A DNA stretch of 63,342 bases, filler included, from Octopus bimaculoides (lineage: Eukaryota), in assembly GCF_001194135.2 (NCBI RefSeq). It is 6 parts of 6 records of this genome, joined end to end, with 100 filler letters (N's around TTAATTAATTAA, not from the genome) between each part and the next. Parts side by side here need not be neighbours in the genome. Positions count along the whole stretch, not along the records: positions 1 to 4,603 come from NC_068991.1; positions 4,704 to 20,271 come from NC_068993.1; 4 more parts are not named here. One strand, written 5' to 3'. Positions 1-12,680 of the stretch are shown here, in pieces. Position numbers and translations under genes: made by a program. Position 1 is the stretch's first letter. The number at the start of each line of letters is the position of its first letter. The notes under the pieces were generated by a model that worked only from the letters and a program-made list of their open reading frames with translations, was not told where the DNA came from and ran no database searches.

Positions 1-77
1 ATATATATATATATGAATATATGTATATATATATATATATGTATATATGTATATGTATATATGTATATATATATATA

Positions 78-111
<34 letters not shown>

Positions 112-610
112 TGTATATATTAATATCTTTATGTTTTGTTTGCACAAAAATAGATATGTATACACCTATCCATCCATGTATAAAAGTGGATGTATGCACA
201 ATAACAATATACGCGTACACAGTGATATATATACGCACACATATTGTTATAAGCATAGTGACACAGTATATGTGTGTTCGTATGTATGTATGTATGCACA
301 TAGACATACATGTGTGTGCGCGCGTTCGTTATGTATAAATATATAGGAACGTGTATATTCATACATGTGTACTTTGACATCTATACACTTACATATAGAT
401 ATATATATATACGTACCTATACCTACGTGTACAGTGATACACAGACACAAATACACACATACATAAATGTATGTATGCATTTATATATACATAAATATAT
501 GTATACATGCATACATACATACATGCATACATACATGCAGGCATACATATATACATGCATACATATGTACGTATACATATATATTCATGAAAGCATATGC
601 ACATATACAT
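1..610. repeat. (TA)n/(TACA)n/(TG)n compound microsatellite field
   Basis: Direct reading; the overlapping Y/I/M/C-rich ORFs are translations of the repeats. Confidence 0.95.
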
Positions 611-1103
611 TTCCAAATCCTACAAGCAAACTGTTTCCGTTTCTTAGCAGAAATTGTCTTATCTGATCCCTGCAGAAAAGGGTCATAAGTGCTAAACCCT
701 GCAAAAAAGGAATTACTAACAATTACATCTTGCCTAATGTACCCCTGTTATCTGATCTGTTTGATTTCTGCAATAGTGGTCTGTGGAAGGAAATGAATCA
801 GAACGCATGTCGCCGGTGCACCTGCATGCATGTCTGCATGCAGCAAGGAATATTTTGTTGATGTGCACCCATGCAAACATATGCCTCTTCCCTTGTTTAC
901 TCAGCTGGAAAGAGCGAACGAAGTATTAGATACACAGAGAAAGATGCAAGGAAGGAGGAGGGTGAGGAAGAGGAGGAGGAAGGGGAGGTGGGTAGAGATT
1001 TTGAAGGAGGATAGAGGAGAGAGAACTGAAGGGGAGGAGGGGAGAAATACAGAGAAAATTGCCGAGTGATAGATTTGAATATGGTGAGCTGTATATATAA
1101 CTT

Positions 1104-1105
<2 letters not shown>

Positions 1106-1167
<62 letters not shown>

Positions 1168-1359
1168 AAGATAGATAGATAGATAGATAGATCGATAGAT
1201 AGATAGATAGATAGATAAAAAGAAGGAAAGATAGAGAGATACACAGAGAGATAGACAAGATAAGACAAGGAGATATAAGAAGATTGGTAAATGATAGAGT
1301 TAATAGATAGGTGAATAGATTCTGGATTTATATCATTAAATGTATAGTTAAGCAGACAG

Positions 1360-1403
<44 letters not shown>

Positions 1404-1663
1404 GAGATAGATAGATAGATAGAAAAGAAGATGCATTGGCATAAAATTTCATTGAAAACAGATTTGTTGATCAATAGTTAGATTGTATGTATGCATACAT
1501 ACACATATCCCAAGTTTATATATATATATAGCTAACTACCCATTTATATATACATATTATATATAGCTGTCTACCCATTTATATATATTTATAAAGTGTA
1601 GATGGCTAGATAGCTAGAAAGATGCGTCTATAGAATGATAGAGGCCTAATTGGATAGCTGAAC

Positions 1664-1718
<55 letters not shown>

Positions 1719-1720
1719 AA
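1106..1720 (+). repeat. Three (GATA)n arrays in a purine-rich tract
   Basis: (TAGA)n runs at ~1106-1215, ~1363-1420 and ~1668-1718. Confidence 0.95.
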
Positions 1721-2409
1721 CAGATTACTGACATGACAGTCAAATAGACTGTTAGAAAGGTAGAGATAAAAACAGAGAAAGAGGTGAAGTAGAAAAAGAG
1801 TAAAAGAGAGATAGAGAGACCGTCGGTGATATAGCTGGATAAAAAAAGCCAATAAGATGAAAGGTTAATAATAAATAATGGCAACCTTGTTCAGTAGAGG
1901 GGAGAGGAGGGGTATTTAGTGAGTGGAGACAATTGATTGTAACAACCGGAAGTAATTCTGTTGGAATAGCTGAGTACATCGTTGTGGTGGGCGGAGGCGT
2001 GAGGAGTATACATACACACACACATACATACACAAATACTTAAACACACCCACCTACACGCACGCACACTCACACACACGTTCACAGAGTAAAGAGAAAG
2101 AGAGAGTAAGCGTAAACGGTAGAGAGAAGGAAGCCTGAGGGAAAGATAGCTAGAATATAGCGTTGGGATACAGGAGAGACAATTAAAACAACGACGAGGA
2201 CATTGAAAAGCAAAAGAGAATACAAGAAAACGAGGTAGAAAGAGAAATAACGTGATCGAGATAAGCAAGAGAGAAAGAGTAGGACACAAACACGCACACA
2301 CACATATATATACTTATATATACATACCCACGCACACACACACACATACACTTATATATACATACCCACGCACATGCCCATCACTCACACATATATTTAG
2401 TATACTGTT

Positions 2410-2860
2410 TCGTTGGAATACACCATGAGTTCATCTAACTGATGTTGGAACATGTTTCATCAAAGTTTGAAACGAATCTTTAATAATTTGTGGACAAATT
2501 TTCTCCAAAGTCAGAGAATCTTGTGAACCGTAAAGTGTCTACAGATTTCCACTTCTGTTTGGGAATCCCAAGATTTGGTATCTCTACACGCGTACTTCAA
2601 ATTTTCATTTACTTTGTTTATGAGATTTTCATGTCTTATCTATGAAACAGGTGCTATTTTGCCCTCGATGTCGCGTTGGGATAATCTCGACTCAGTCATA
2701 CACTTTACGAGATAGATGTATGTGAACTGTGCTTTGGTTTCGAGACTTTCTATTCTGCACAACTTGCATCGATCCAGAGTGCTGCGAGTTTTGTGAAAGA
2801 AACGTGCGAATGGCTTGCGTGCATGTTAACTTATGAAAGGCCTGTGTTTGTCTCGTGCAC
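2410..2860 (-). mobile_element. Highly decayed CR1/L2-like LINE 3' ORF2 fragment
   Basis: Frameshifted minus-strand translation gives SQLW, LE..QFT, IPNLGI, FTV..LW and FQHQLDE, in the order expected for a CR1-type C-terminus; many stops. Confidence 0.4.
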
Positions 2861-4557
2861 GGTGGTTGATCTTACAATGTATCTGGAAATACAATATGCC
2901 TTTTTAAAATTAGACTGACCCTCTAACAACATATAATTATTGCGTTACAAAGCGTTTATGCTTATGTTTACATGACGAGAGATCAAAAACCCAGCGGTAA
3001 ATTCCCTATGTAGAACAGCATTTTGATTCTCTTCTACAAAAGAAACATTAGATAATCAAAACCACGAAATATGGCAAACAATAATCAACAATGACTATTC
3101 TATCAATGTAACTGTGTAGGTCGTACAACAATATGAGCGCAGATACAACGAGCGTCAATACTATCAAATATTACACTTATTAAAAATACACAAACTAAAC
3201 ATAAACAATATTATAGGAATCAAATGCATATTAGCTACACAATATATGAACATATCAAAATCCCCATAAAACAGAACATAGAATACACCACACCAAACCA
3301 AAACTAACACTAATAATCTGCTAAAGAAACAATGAATTTAAAAACACTATTAATAACAAACCGCAAACATGTAAGCCCGTGAACGAGTTACTAATGACCA
3401 ATAAGGTTCATAATTTCGATTATAAACGTGCAAGCTGTAAACTTCTCGATTGCAATCAATTATATTGGCTTTATAAATGCGAAACTCTCTGCCAGTTCAC
3501 CATGCCTTTGCAACGAGAAGCAATAGCAATATGCCAACAGCGCAAAAACATAACTTGACAGGAAAACAGTAAATAACACTTTTTTTACTCTACAAATTTC
3601 CCTATAAAAATAGATATACTATACTAATAACGCGGTGCAATATTGTAAATAAACACACATAAAACATACACTGGTGATGATCAATGTAAACACTTGATCG
3701 ATGATGTATAAATCTAACTGTCAATATTCAAATCTCGGTGGAAATAATTCCAGCAATACGATTGGCTCCATATACTATAAAGAGGCAGCAACACGCACCA
3801 TTAGCAATTCATACTGAAGATGATGCTATGAAAATCCAGTAATTGTGATGATGAATTTAGAAATCTTACGGTTCCAAACAAACTGCAAGTGATCAAATCT
3901 TTAGTCATAACTATAAGCTATGTATGTTGTGCAGCTTTTTATTTTTCTAGCACATTGTATTTATTTTTATTTTTCAGTCTCGTTTTTTTTTTTATCTTGG
4001 TACTTTTTCATTATCACACCACTGAAGATATTATTCTGATAACTTATTGTTGTAAGCTGCAAACTCTTCGAAAGCTATCCGCATCTTTCTCTAGCATCGT
4101 ATCTCTCCATCTGGGATTTGTAAAAAAAATAATTACATGCTTTTTCGCATGTCGTTGTTTGGTGGACTTAGTTGTTTAAAACTATATACACAATGTTGGG
4201 AACTAAGACAAGTTGCCTCTATGATCTCCCTATTACAATGAACATTTGATAATATTTCAACATGCTGTTATTAAAAAATTTACTCTATCTTCTATATTCC
4301 CACAACCGCCTTAGTATATTCAACAGACTAATCTCTTTTATTAAGCCAGTATTTTGTTCCATATCACATTTGCAAATGGATCTGAAAAATGATTAGTTGA
4401 ACTTCCATGTGATATCATATGGATTTCCATAATTTGTATGTATAACCTATCATATTGTTTGATGTAAAAATAAATTATATTAACTATTGAAATGATCGTA
4501 GCTCATTACCAATGTAATACTATCATCTTCATCACTTTCTTTCTTCTCGCTCCCTGC

Positions 4558-4603
<46 letters not shown>

Positions 4604-4703
4604 NNNNNNNNNNNNNNNNNNNNNNNNNNNNNNNNNNNNNNNNNNNNTTAATTAATTAANNNNNNNNNNNNNNNNNNNNNNNNNNNNNNNNNNNNNNNNN
4701 NNN

Positions 4704-4762
<59 letters not shown>

Positions 4763-6246
4763 ATGTTTATTGTGTGTGTGTGTGTGTGCGTGTGCGTGTG
4801 TGTGCGTGTACGTGTGTAATATCTATATTTTGTATGGGGGTGTATGTGCACACATACATACACGTGTACTGTTACCCTTCAGTGAAGTGTACCCGTAATG
4901 TATGTGTATGTAAATTTATTTGTATACTTGTATATAAGTGGGTACGTATATACATGTATGTCTGTGTGTGTGTTTGTGTTTGTGTGCTTCTAATTCCGAA
5001 ATCCACACGTATAGATATGTGTATATACATACACACACACGGACGCACGAACATACATATATTATATACACGTGTGTGTGTGTGTGTGTGTACATTAATG
5101 TGTATGCTTCCTTGCTTACTTGCTTACTTTTAATTTCTTCGTTTTGTAAACCTGACACTTTGATTAGTTTCCTCTAAGGACAAATTCCTTTCCTTTCTTT
5201 TTAACTTTGTTTTTCTCTACTTTTTTCTCATTATTTTGTTTTGCTTTCTTGTTGTCGTTGTTGTTGTTGTTTCTAAAAGTTGCACTTAACCATCCTTCAG
5301 TTGTCCCGACTGGTTTGGGATGCAAGGTTGTGGGTGTTTGCGGGGTTGCGGGGATTCACTATATGTGGGTGTGTCGGTTGATTACAGCTACGGAACAAAA
5401 TAAAGAAGGGGCTGACTTCAAAAAGATACAGAGATATATAAAACCCCCTTCTCACTCTCACTCTCCCCCTCTCTCTATTTCTCTCACCCAAACCCACCCT
5501 CTCTCTTTCTTATACACATTTCGCTTGAAAATAAAGTAATATAACGGTAAAATGGATCAACCCTAACCCTNNNNNNNNNNNNNNNNNNNNNNNNNNNNNN
5601 NNNNNNNNNNNNNNNNNNNNNNNNNNNNNNNNNNNNNNNNNNNNNNNNNNNNNNNNNNNNNNNNNNNNNNNNNNNNNNNNNNNNNNNNNNNNNNNNNNNN
5701 NNNNNNNNNNNNNNNNNNNNNNNNNNNNNNNNNNNNNNNNNNNNNNNNNNNNNNNNNNNNNNNNNNNNNNNNNNNNNNNNNNNNNNNNNNNNNNNNNNNN
5801 NNNNNNNNNNNNNNNNNNNNNNNNNNNNNNNNNNNNNNNNNNNNNNNNNNNNNNNNNNNNNNNNNNNNNNNNNNNNNNNNNNNNNNNNNNNNNNNNNNNN
5901 NNNNNNNNNNNNNNNNNNNNNNNNNNNNNNNNNNNNNNNNNNNNNNNNNNNNNNNNNNNNNNNNNNNNNNNNNNNNNNNNNNNNNNNNNNNNNNNNNNNN
6001 NNNNNNNNNNNNNNNNNNNNNNNNNNNNNNNNNNNNNNNNNNNNNNNNNNNNNNNNNNNNNNNNNNNNNNNNNNNNNNNNNNNNNNNNNNNNNNNNNNNN
6101 NNNNNNNNNNNNNNCACACACACACACACACACACACACTTAAAAGAACGATGCTGTGTTCGTTGTAAAATCATATAATAGTCACAGACGTGCGAACTGC
6201 TAGAATCGTTTGTTCGATTTTTTTTTTTTCTGTTTACTTTTTCCTG

Positions 6247-6388
6247 ACTTTATGTTCTGCGTTCAAATTCCACCGATGTCGCCTTTACCTTTCAACCTTT
6301 CGGAGGCAATAAAATAAGTAAGAGTTGAGCACTGGGGTAGATATAATCGACTAGACCGCTCCTGCAAAATTTCAGGCATCACGCCTGT
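6247..6388 (+). mobile_element. tRNA-derived SINE family A, 5'-truncated
   Basis: Matches in-window consensus GTTCTGAGTTCAAATTCC..CCTTTCATCCTTTCGG..CACTGGGGT.GAT.TAATCGAC. Confidence 0.8.
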
Positions 6389-6403
6389 TGTATAGCATAT
6401 TAA

Positions 6404-6556
6404 CCCATTTTAACCCGGGTTAACCCTGTCGAAATTTTGAAGATATAAGTTATATAAATAGGGATAACAAATATACGGAAACGTTCAGTTAATCTTTATT
6501 GCAGTAAATAAACCAAATACAACTGTCCTCAAAGGAGGACAGTGGGTTAAAATGGG
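6404..6556. mobile_element. piggyBac-type MITE
   Basis: 13-bp TIRs CCCATTTTAACCC/GGGTTAAAATGGG flanked by TTAA at 6400-6403 and 6557-6560. Confidence 0.75.
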
Positions 6557-6564
6557 TTAATTGG

Positions 6565-6777
6565 GTTCAAAATTTGGAACAAGGCCAACAATTTCGAGGG
6601 AAGGGGGAAATTAATTACACCAATCCTCAGTGTTCAACTGGTATTTATTTTATTGACTCCGAAATGATGAACGGTAAAGTCGATCTCGGCGGAATTTGAA
6701 CTCAGAACGTAAATGCGGATGAGCTGCTGCTAAGCATTTAGCCCGGCATGCTCACGATTCTGCCATCTCGTCACCTT
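6565..6777 (-). mobile_element. SINE family A
   Basis: Reverse complement of family A head (AAGGTGACGAGATGGCAGAATCG), B-box region and body. Confidence 0.9.
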
Positions 6778-7436
6778 TATCTGCTTCTTAATAAGAAATT
6801 CTTTGGCTTCGTACGCGAAATTCTAGGTAAAAAGTAAAATTTGAAAATATTGCATTCAGAGCACAGAAAATGGTGATGTTGGGGGAGGGGTGAACCTAGT
6901 CTGTGTTTGATCAGGATTTACCTGGAGTTAAACAAGAATCGCAGCAGGGAAAAATTTCTTCTCTTTCCCATTTCTTTTAAACGGGTTTAGTCAAGAGGTA
7001 AAGAAGAGTGCATTTAACTTTGTTTAGGAATTATCGCGGAAGTGTTAAGTATTGTTGAGAACACTCAAATTGATGAGTTAATATAAGATAAAAAGAGGCG
7101 GTGGGGAAATTGTTAAGTTCAGGTTCAGGAGTGAAAATATAAAGTTGCTGAACGGTGGTCATCAAACGAAAAGAAAAAATATCTCCTATAATTTTATCCA
7201 TTAAAAAATATTAGCGATAGAGGTAGTATTAATACCGAGAGGTAATATTAAACGTATATGTTCTATTGGAACAAACTATACTGTGGTAGATACCCACGAC
7301 ACAGTGGATACGGTATTTACAGTGGGATAGCTTGTACTAAGAGAACATCCACGTTTCAGTGGGGATAGATATTTTATCGATTATACGTTGTATTTGAAGT
7401 TATTGTTTTGGGTTAATTAAGGAATGTTATTATATT

Positions 7437-7655
7437 TTCTTTTTCTTTTATTTTTTTCAGTTATTGGACTTCGGGCATGCCGGTGGTGGTGGGACTTTGG
7501 AGGATTTAGTTGAAGAAATCGATTCCAGTACTTATTTTTAAAACTTGGCTCTAATTCTGTTGGTCTCTTTTACTGGGCCGCTGAGATAGAGGGACTTAAA
7601 CAAACCAACTCCGGTTGTCAATCGGTGATAGACAAACAAATAGCACATGCACTCA

Positions 7656-7698
<43 letters not shown>

Positions 7699-7831
7699 TT
7701 ATTTGTACGACGTGTTTCTTTCAGTTTCCGTTTAGCAAATCCACCTACAAAGTTTTGGTCGGCCCGAAGCTATAGCAGAAGACACTTGTCCAAAGTTACA
7801 TGGAAAGCAAATCTCTTACCACAGCAATGCC
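7437..7831 (-). mobile_element. tRNA-derived SINE family B with internal (CA)n
   Basis: Reverse complement of family B tail, internal microsatellite and head segment. Confidence 0.8.
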
Positions 7832-8319
7832 TTTTATTTCATTATACAATAAATAAATGAAGAGATGTTAAGAATCGAAATAAGGAGAATAATATAATTC
7901 AATTTTAAAAAGTGAGACAGAACCTCAAATTGGTGGATAAAATGGAAGAGGAACCATGACTTGGCGATAATCTATCCTACGAGATCACCATACATTTCCA
8001 CTGCACTTATTTCACTCATAATTCTTGGATCTACTCGAAATTACGGATAGAAGAGACATCTGTTCATAACTCTGCACAGTATAGATTAAAACCCTGAATG
8101 ATAGGGTACGCGATTGCGAATCGAACTTCTTAAAGACATGGTCAGGCTTGCTCTAAAAATTTGACTACATTTCTGCTAAAATATCGTCCAATTACTTGTA
8201 TAATTGAAAGCAATTAGACACAATTAAATGGTTAGTTTGTAATTTATTTGCACACCACAGCTCTGCGTTACTCTATACATTAAAACTGACGTCGTCGAGT
8301 TGAGAAGGATTAGCTTATT

Positions 8320-8326
8320 ATTATAA

Positions 8327-8388
<62 letters not shown>

Positions 8389-8390
8389 TA
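8320..8390. repeat. (ATT)n microsatellite
   Basis: Direct reading. Confidence 0.95.
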
Positions 8391-9594
8391 TTCACGTGTT
8401 CTCTGATGGTTAAAAGTAATCCAACTATGTTGTGAAACTGATCAAAAACTAGTTTCTTTTCCCTAAGAACACGGGACACTAATCCCCCCTCTATCAGATA
8501 TGTAATGAAATTAGTAGGTGTTTCCCCCCTCCAAAACAATTAGCAGCTATCCATGAAAATGAAGGAACTTGAGTCATTCAGAACGTAACATCCGGGGCTT
8601 CTATATCAGCCAGAAAGAAATGTAAATTAACCTCTTCTAAGTATTTTTGGTGATACTAAGAAGTGGAGTGTGAGTTTGTGTATGTATGTGTGCGTATATG
8701 TGTGTGCGTGTGGAGGGGTGTTTGTGTGAGTGTGTGTGTGAGTAGAAATATGCTTATATTTCCTAGATGGCGCCAGGCGTCAGCAGAGCTGTCCGTTGAG
8801 ATATAAAATTTCCAATATTACTGTTTTTGTTTCATGTTTTTTTCTCAATAAGTAGATATGAGTTGTTGAGATTTTGGAATTCTTAATGGACGGTGTGTTT
8901 AGAATATGAAGGTTGCGAGTGCGCACGCACGCACGCACTCACATACAACGATGCACACACGCAAACACACACACATAAATACATACATACATACATACAC
9001 ACACATTTATATACTGGTATGCATACACACATGCTCATAATCTCCTATATTCTATAGACACACACACATACACGCACACACACGCGCACACACACAAACA
9101 CACTTTTAAATATTCACACGTATACAAAGATACACAGAAACTTATATGTACACAGACATGCGTACACACCAATATACACATACGCGTATGCACACCCACG
9201 CACGCATATACACATAGGAAATTAACCTACAGTGTGAATATAATACAAGCTTCGCTTGTTCTATTCATTACTCCTTATTTATACTCCTTCTTAGATGAAA
9301 TATAAGATAGTACTTCAATAGGGAATTAACCTTGGTAGCTAAAAGAAATGAAAAGAACTGAACTAAAAGCGCTGCTACAGTATGACCTTGTTCACAACGG
9401 TTAAATGAAATTATAAGTAAACTTGTTGCTTCTGCTTATAATCATTAGAGTATAAACAAACTTTTAAAAATAAGCGGCTAAAAAAGTGCTCTAGTATGGC
9501 CTTAACCTTCAGGGAAATAGCTAACTTTAACTTTATTGTTATAAAACAATAATAAGACAATTGCACCAGCATGGTCTTATCTACAGTCTTTAGA

Positions 9595-9766
9595 CCCAGG
9601 CGTGGCTGTGAGGTAAGAAGTTTGTTTCCCAACCACATGGTTCCGAGTTCCGTCCCATTTCGTGACACCTTAGGCTAATGTTTTCTGCTATAGACCCCGA
9701 GCCGACCAAAGCCTTGTGAATGAATTTGATTGATGGAAACTGAAAGAAGCCTGTTGCGTATATATT
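9595..9766 (+). mobile_element. SINE family B head half
   Basis: GGCGTGGCTGTGAGGTAAGAAG..GGTTCCGAGTTC..GGAAACTGAAAGAAGCC. Confidence 0.85.
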
Positions 9767-10044
9767 CTTTTATTCTTTTGTTTCAGTCATTTGACGGCGG
9801 CCATGCTGGAGCACTGCCATTAGTCGAACAAAGTGATCACAGGACTTATTCATTGTAAGCCTAGTACTTATTCTATCAGTCTCTTTTGCAGAACCGCTAA
9901 GTTACGGGGACATAAACACACCAGCATCGGTTGTCAAGCAAATAGTAAGGGGGGGACAAACACAGACAGACAGATAGACAAACACACACATATAAGACGG
10001 GCTTCTTTCAGTTTCCCTCTACCAAATCCACTCTCAAGGCTTTG
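9767..10044 (-). mobile_element. SINE family B, 5'-truncated
   Basis: Reverse complement of tail (GGCGGTGCTCCAGCATGGCCG..TGACTGAAAC) and central part. Confidence 0.9.
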
Positions 10045-10198
10045 TCTTTATGTTCTGAGTTCAAATTCCACTGAAGTCGACTTTGCCTTTCAGCATTTCG
10101 GGGTCGATAAATTAAGTACCAGTTGCGTACTGGGGTCGATCTAATCGACTGACCACCTCCCCCAAAATTTCGGGCCTTATGCCAAGAGTAGAAAAGTT
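10044..10198 (+). mobile_element. SINE family A, 5'-truncated, tandem with next copy
   Basis: Body and 3' end match consensus. Confidence 0.9.
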
Positions 10199-10203
10199 TC
10201 TTT

Positions 10204-10419
10204 AAGGCGGTCAGCTGGCAGAAACGTTAACACGCCGGGCGGAAATGCTTATTGGTATTTCGTCTGTCTTTATGTTCTGAATTCAAATTCCGCTGATGTC
10301 AACTTTGCCTTTCCTCCTTTCGGCGTCAATAAATTAAGTACCAGTTGCGTACTGGAATCGATCTAATCGACCACCTCCCGGAAAATTTCGGGCCTTGTGC
10401 CTAGAGTAGAAAAGAATAT
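10204..10419 (+). mobile_element. SINE family A, full length
   Basis: AAGGCGGTCAGCTGGCAGAAACG head through GCCTAGAGTAGAAAAGAAT tail. Confidence 0.9.
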
Positions 10420-10575
10420 TGTTCAGCATAGAATACTCAATTTTGAAGGGGATATTTTTCCACATATTCATATTACATAATATAACATATTATTTTTTTT
10501 TGTATAAACTCAAACACTCAAGTCATACAAAAAAAAAAAGGAGTTATTAATTGCGTGGTATCACAGTTCTATAGT

Positions 10576-10727
10576 TAAGTGATGAGGAATTATGTACATT
10601 ATTTACATTTGACGGATATTTGTCCTCATCTTGTTTGTTGTTAACACAACGTTTCGGCTGATATACTCTGCAGCCTTCATCAGGTGTCTTGGGGAAATTT
10701 CGAACCTGGGCTCTCATTCCTAAGGTA
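10576..10727 (-). mobile_element. Penelope-like pLTR-type short repeat carrying a hammerhead motif
   Basis: Close homologue of 50341-50510 on the opposite strand; contains CTGATGA..GAAAC core. Confidence 0.7.
10643..10688 (-). ncRNA. Minimal type I hammerhead ribozyme motif
   Basis: Minus strand reads GACAC-CTGATGA-A-GGCTG-(10-nt loop)-CAGCC-GAAAC-GTT-GTGTT: conserved core, 5-bp stem II, 5-bp stem I, palindromic AACGTT helix III. Confidence 0.75.
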
Positions 10728-10752
10728 AGCGTGGTAACAGTCTTTTAATGTC

Positions 10753-10935
10753 TATTATTTGTTTCAGTCATTGGTCTGCGGCCATGCTGGGGCACCGCCT
10801 TCAAAGGTTTAATCAAACAAATCGACTTCAGTGCTTATTTTTTAAGCCTCTTATTTATACTAATAGTTTCTTTTGCCGAACTACTAAGTTACAAAGACGT
10901 AAACAAACCAACACGGGCTGTTAAGCGATGGTGGT

Positions 10936-10983
<48 letters not shown>

Positions 10984-11132
10984 CGGGATTCTTTCAGTTT
11001 CCTTCTACCAAATCCACTCACGAAGCTTTGGTCGGCTCGGCACTATAATAGAAGACACCTGCTCAATGTGTCACGCTGTGTGACTGAACTTGGAACCACG
11101 TGGTTTCGAAGCAAATTTCATACCACACAGCT
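10753..11132 (-). mobile_element. SINE family B, near full length, internal (CA)n
   Basis: Tail, microsatellite and head all present on the minus strand. Confidence 0.9.
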
Positions 11133-11596
11133 GTACCATGCGTCTGTTTTTAGTTCTGTAACCAAGGAAGCCGGACAATTGGCGGTATACCTGTATTATA
11201 AATATGCGTCCTACATTCTGTAAACCTCAATGCAGTCAACCAATATTTAATCAATCAGTTCTATCGATTCAATAGAATGTAATGTCTTCTCTAAAACCGT
11301 ATGATCTTCTGTCAATGAAGGGTTACACTGGGGATGTTTGATGTAGAAATCGCAGCTAAATCTTCATTAAATCATACGGACGTCTCTTTGAAATGTAAGG
11401 GGGCATATTAGATAATACAGTCTAGATGGATGTTTATGGCTGGAAACATTTAAATCATGCTCTGTTAATTCAGAACACGTCTAGAGTTAAACAAAAACAA
11501 CAACAATACCACCACCACCAACACCACCACCACCACCAAAAACAACAACAACAACAACAACAACCACAACTAGAACTACTACTACTACTACTACTA

Positions 11597-11800
11597 CTAG
11601 GCACAAGACCCAGAATTTTGGGGGAGGAGGGCCAGTCGATTAGATCACCCCAATACGCAACTGGTACTTAATTTATCGACGCCGAAAGGATGAAAGGCAA
11701 AGTCGACCTCGGCGGAATTTGAACTCAGAACGTACAGACAGACGAAATAACGCTAAGCATTTCGCCCGGCGTGTTAACGTTTCTGCCAACTCGCCGCCTT
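11597..11800 (-). mobile_element. SINE family A within (CTA)n/(CAA)n/(CGA)n trinucleotide field
   Basis: Full head-to-tail match; flanked both sides by (ACT)n. Confidence 0.92.
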
Positions 11801-11810
11801 CTACTACTAT

Positions 11811-11843
<33 letters not shown>

Positions 11844-12680
11844 GACGACGACGACGACGACGAATACGACGACGACGACGACTACATTAACAGCAAAAAT
11901 TGTATGGCTGCATATCAATGCAGTTATTCCTTATTAACATTTATTTGAGGGCGATAGTTTGGCTGAATCGATTGGGCACTAAACAAAATATTTTGTCGTA
12001 TTTCATTGCATATATACATACATACATACATACATATATTGTGGACGTCATTAGAAAATTTATAATCGTTTGGAATGGCGTGTGATAATTCTTTATAAAA
12101 AATATCTCGAAGCACACATAGAGCCATAAATAATAGCTAGTAAATATTCGGCTGAAAAAATCCTTTTTGATAGAAAAAGTCGGAAGCTTCTTGAGGGACT
12201 TGAACTCACAGCTCTTATAGACATGACAAATGTTCTGTCATTGTACCAAAGCAGTTCTTCGATATTCGAATTTCTATTTAAGTAACTTTCTTCTTGCGAG
12301 TATTGTATGTTGCTGACGTCATAAGAATTTTATAAAGTTTCGAGAGAACGTGAAATACATGTGTGTGTATGTATGTATGTATGTATATATGTATATACAT
12401 ACGCACGCGTGCATGCATACATACTTGCGTAGCACAGAAAATAAATGAATGGCGTTTCTAGGGCAACAAGTGAAATACTTAGCGAGCAGAATAGCAAGAA
12501 CTAAATCAACAACTACTACTACTGCTACAATAAGAACAACTACAACAACAACAACAACAACATAAAAATAATTGTGGAAATTTTTCAATGATAATCCGAG
12601 GCGGAAGGAAGTGTTTTTGAGTACAAGATAACTGGGGTTATTTTTAACTTTACCGCCACCAGGTATAATGGCTGACTTAC

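Noticed and set aside
2883-2910. Minus-strand acceptor TATTTCCAG as start of a terminal exon
   Set aside because: All frames stop within 19 codons, and the downstream sequence is better explained as a decayed CR1-like fragment.
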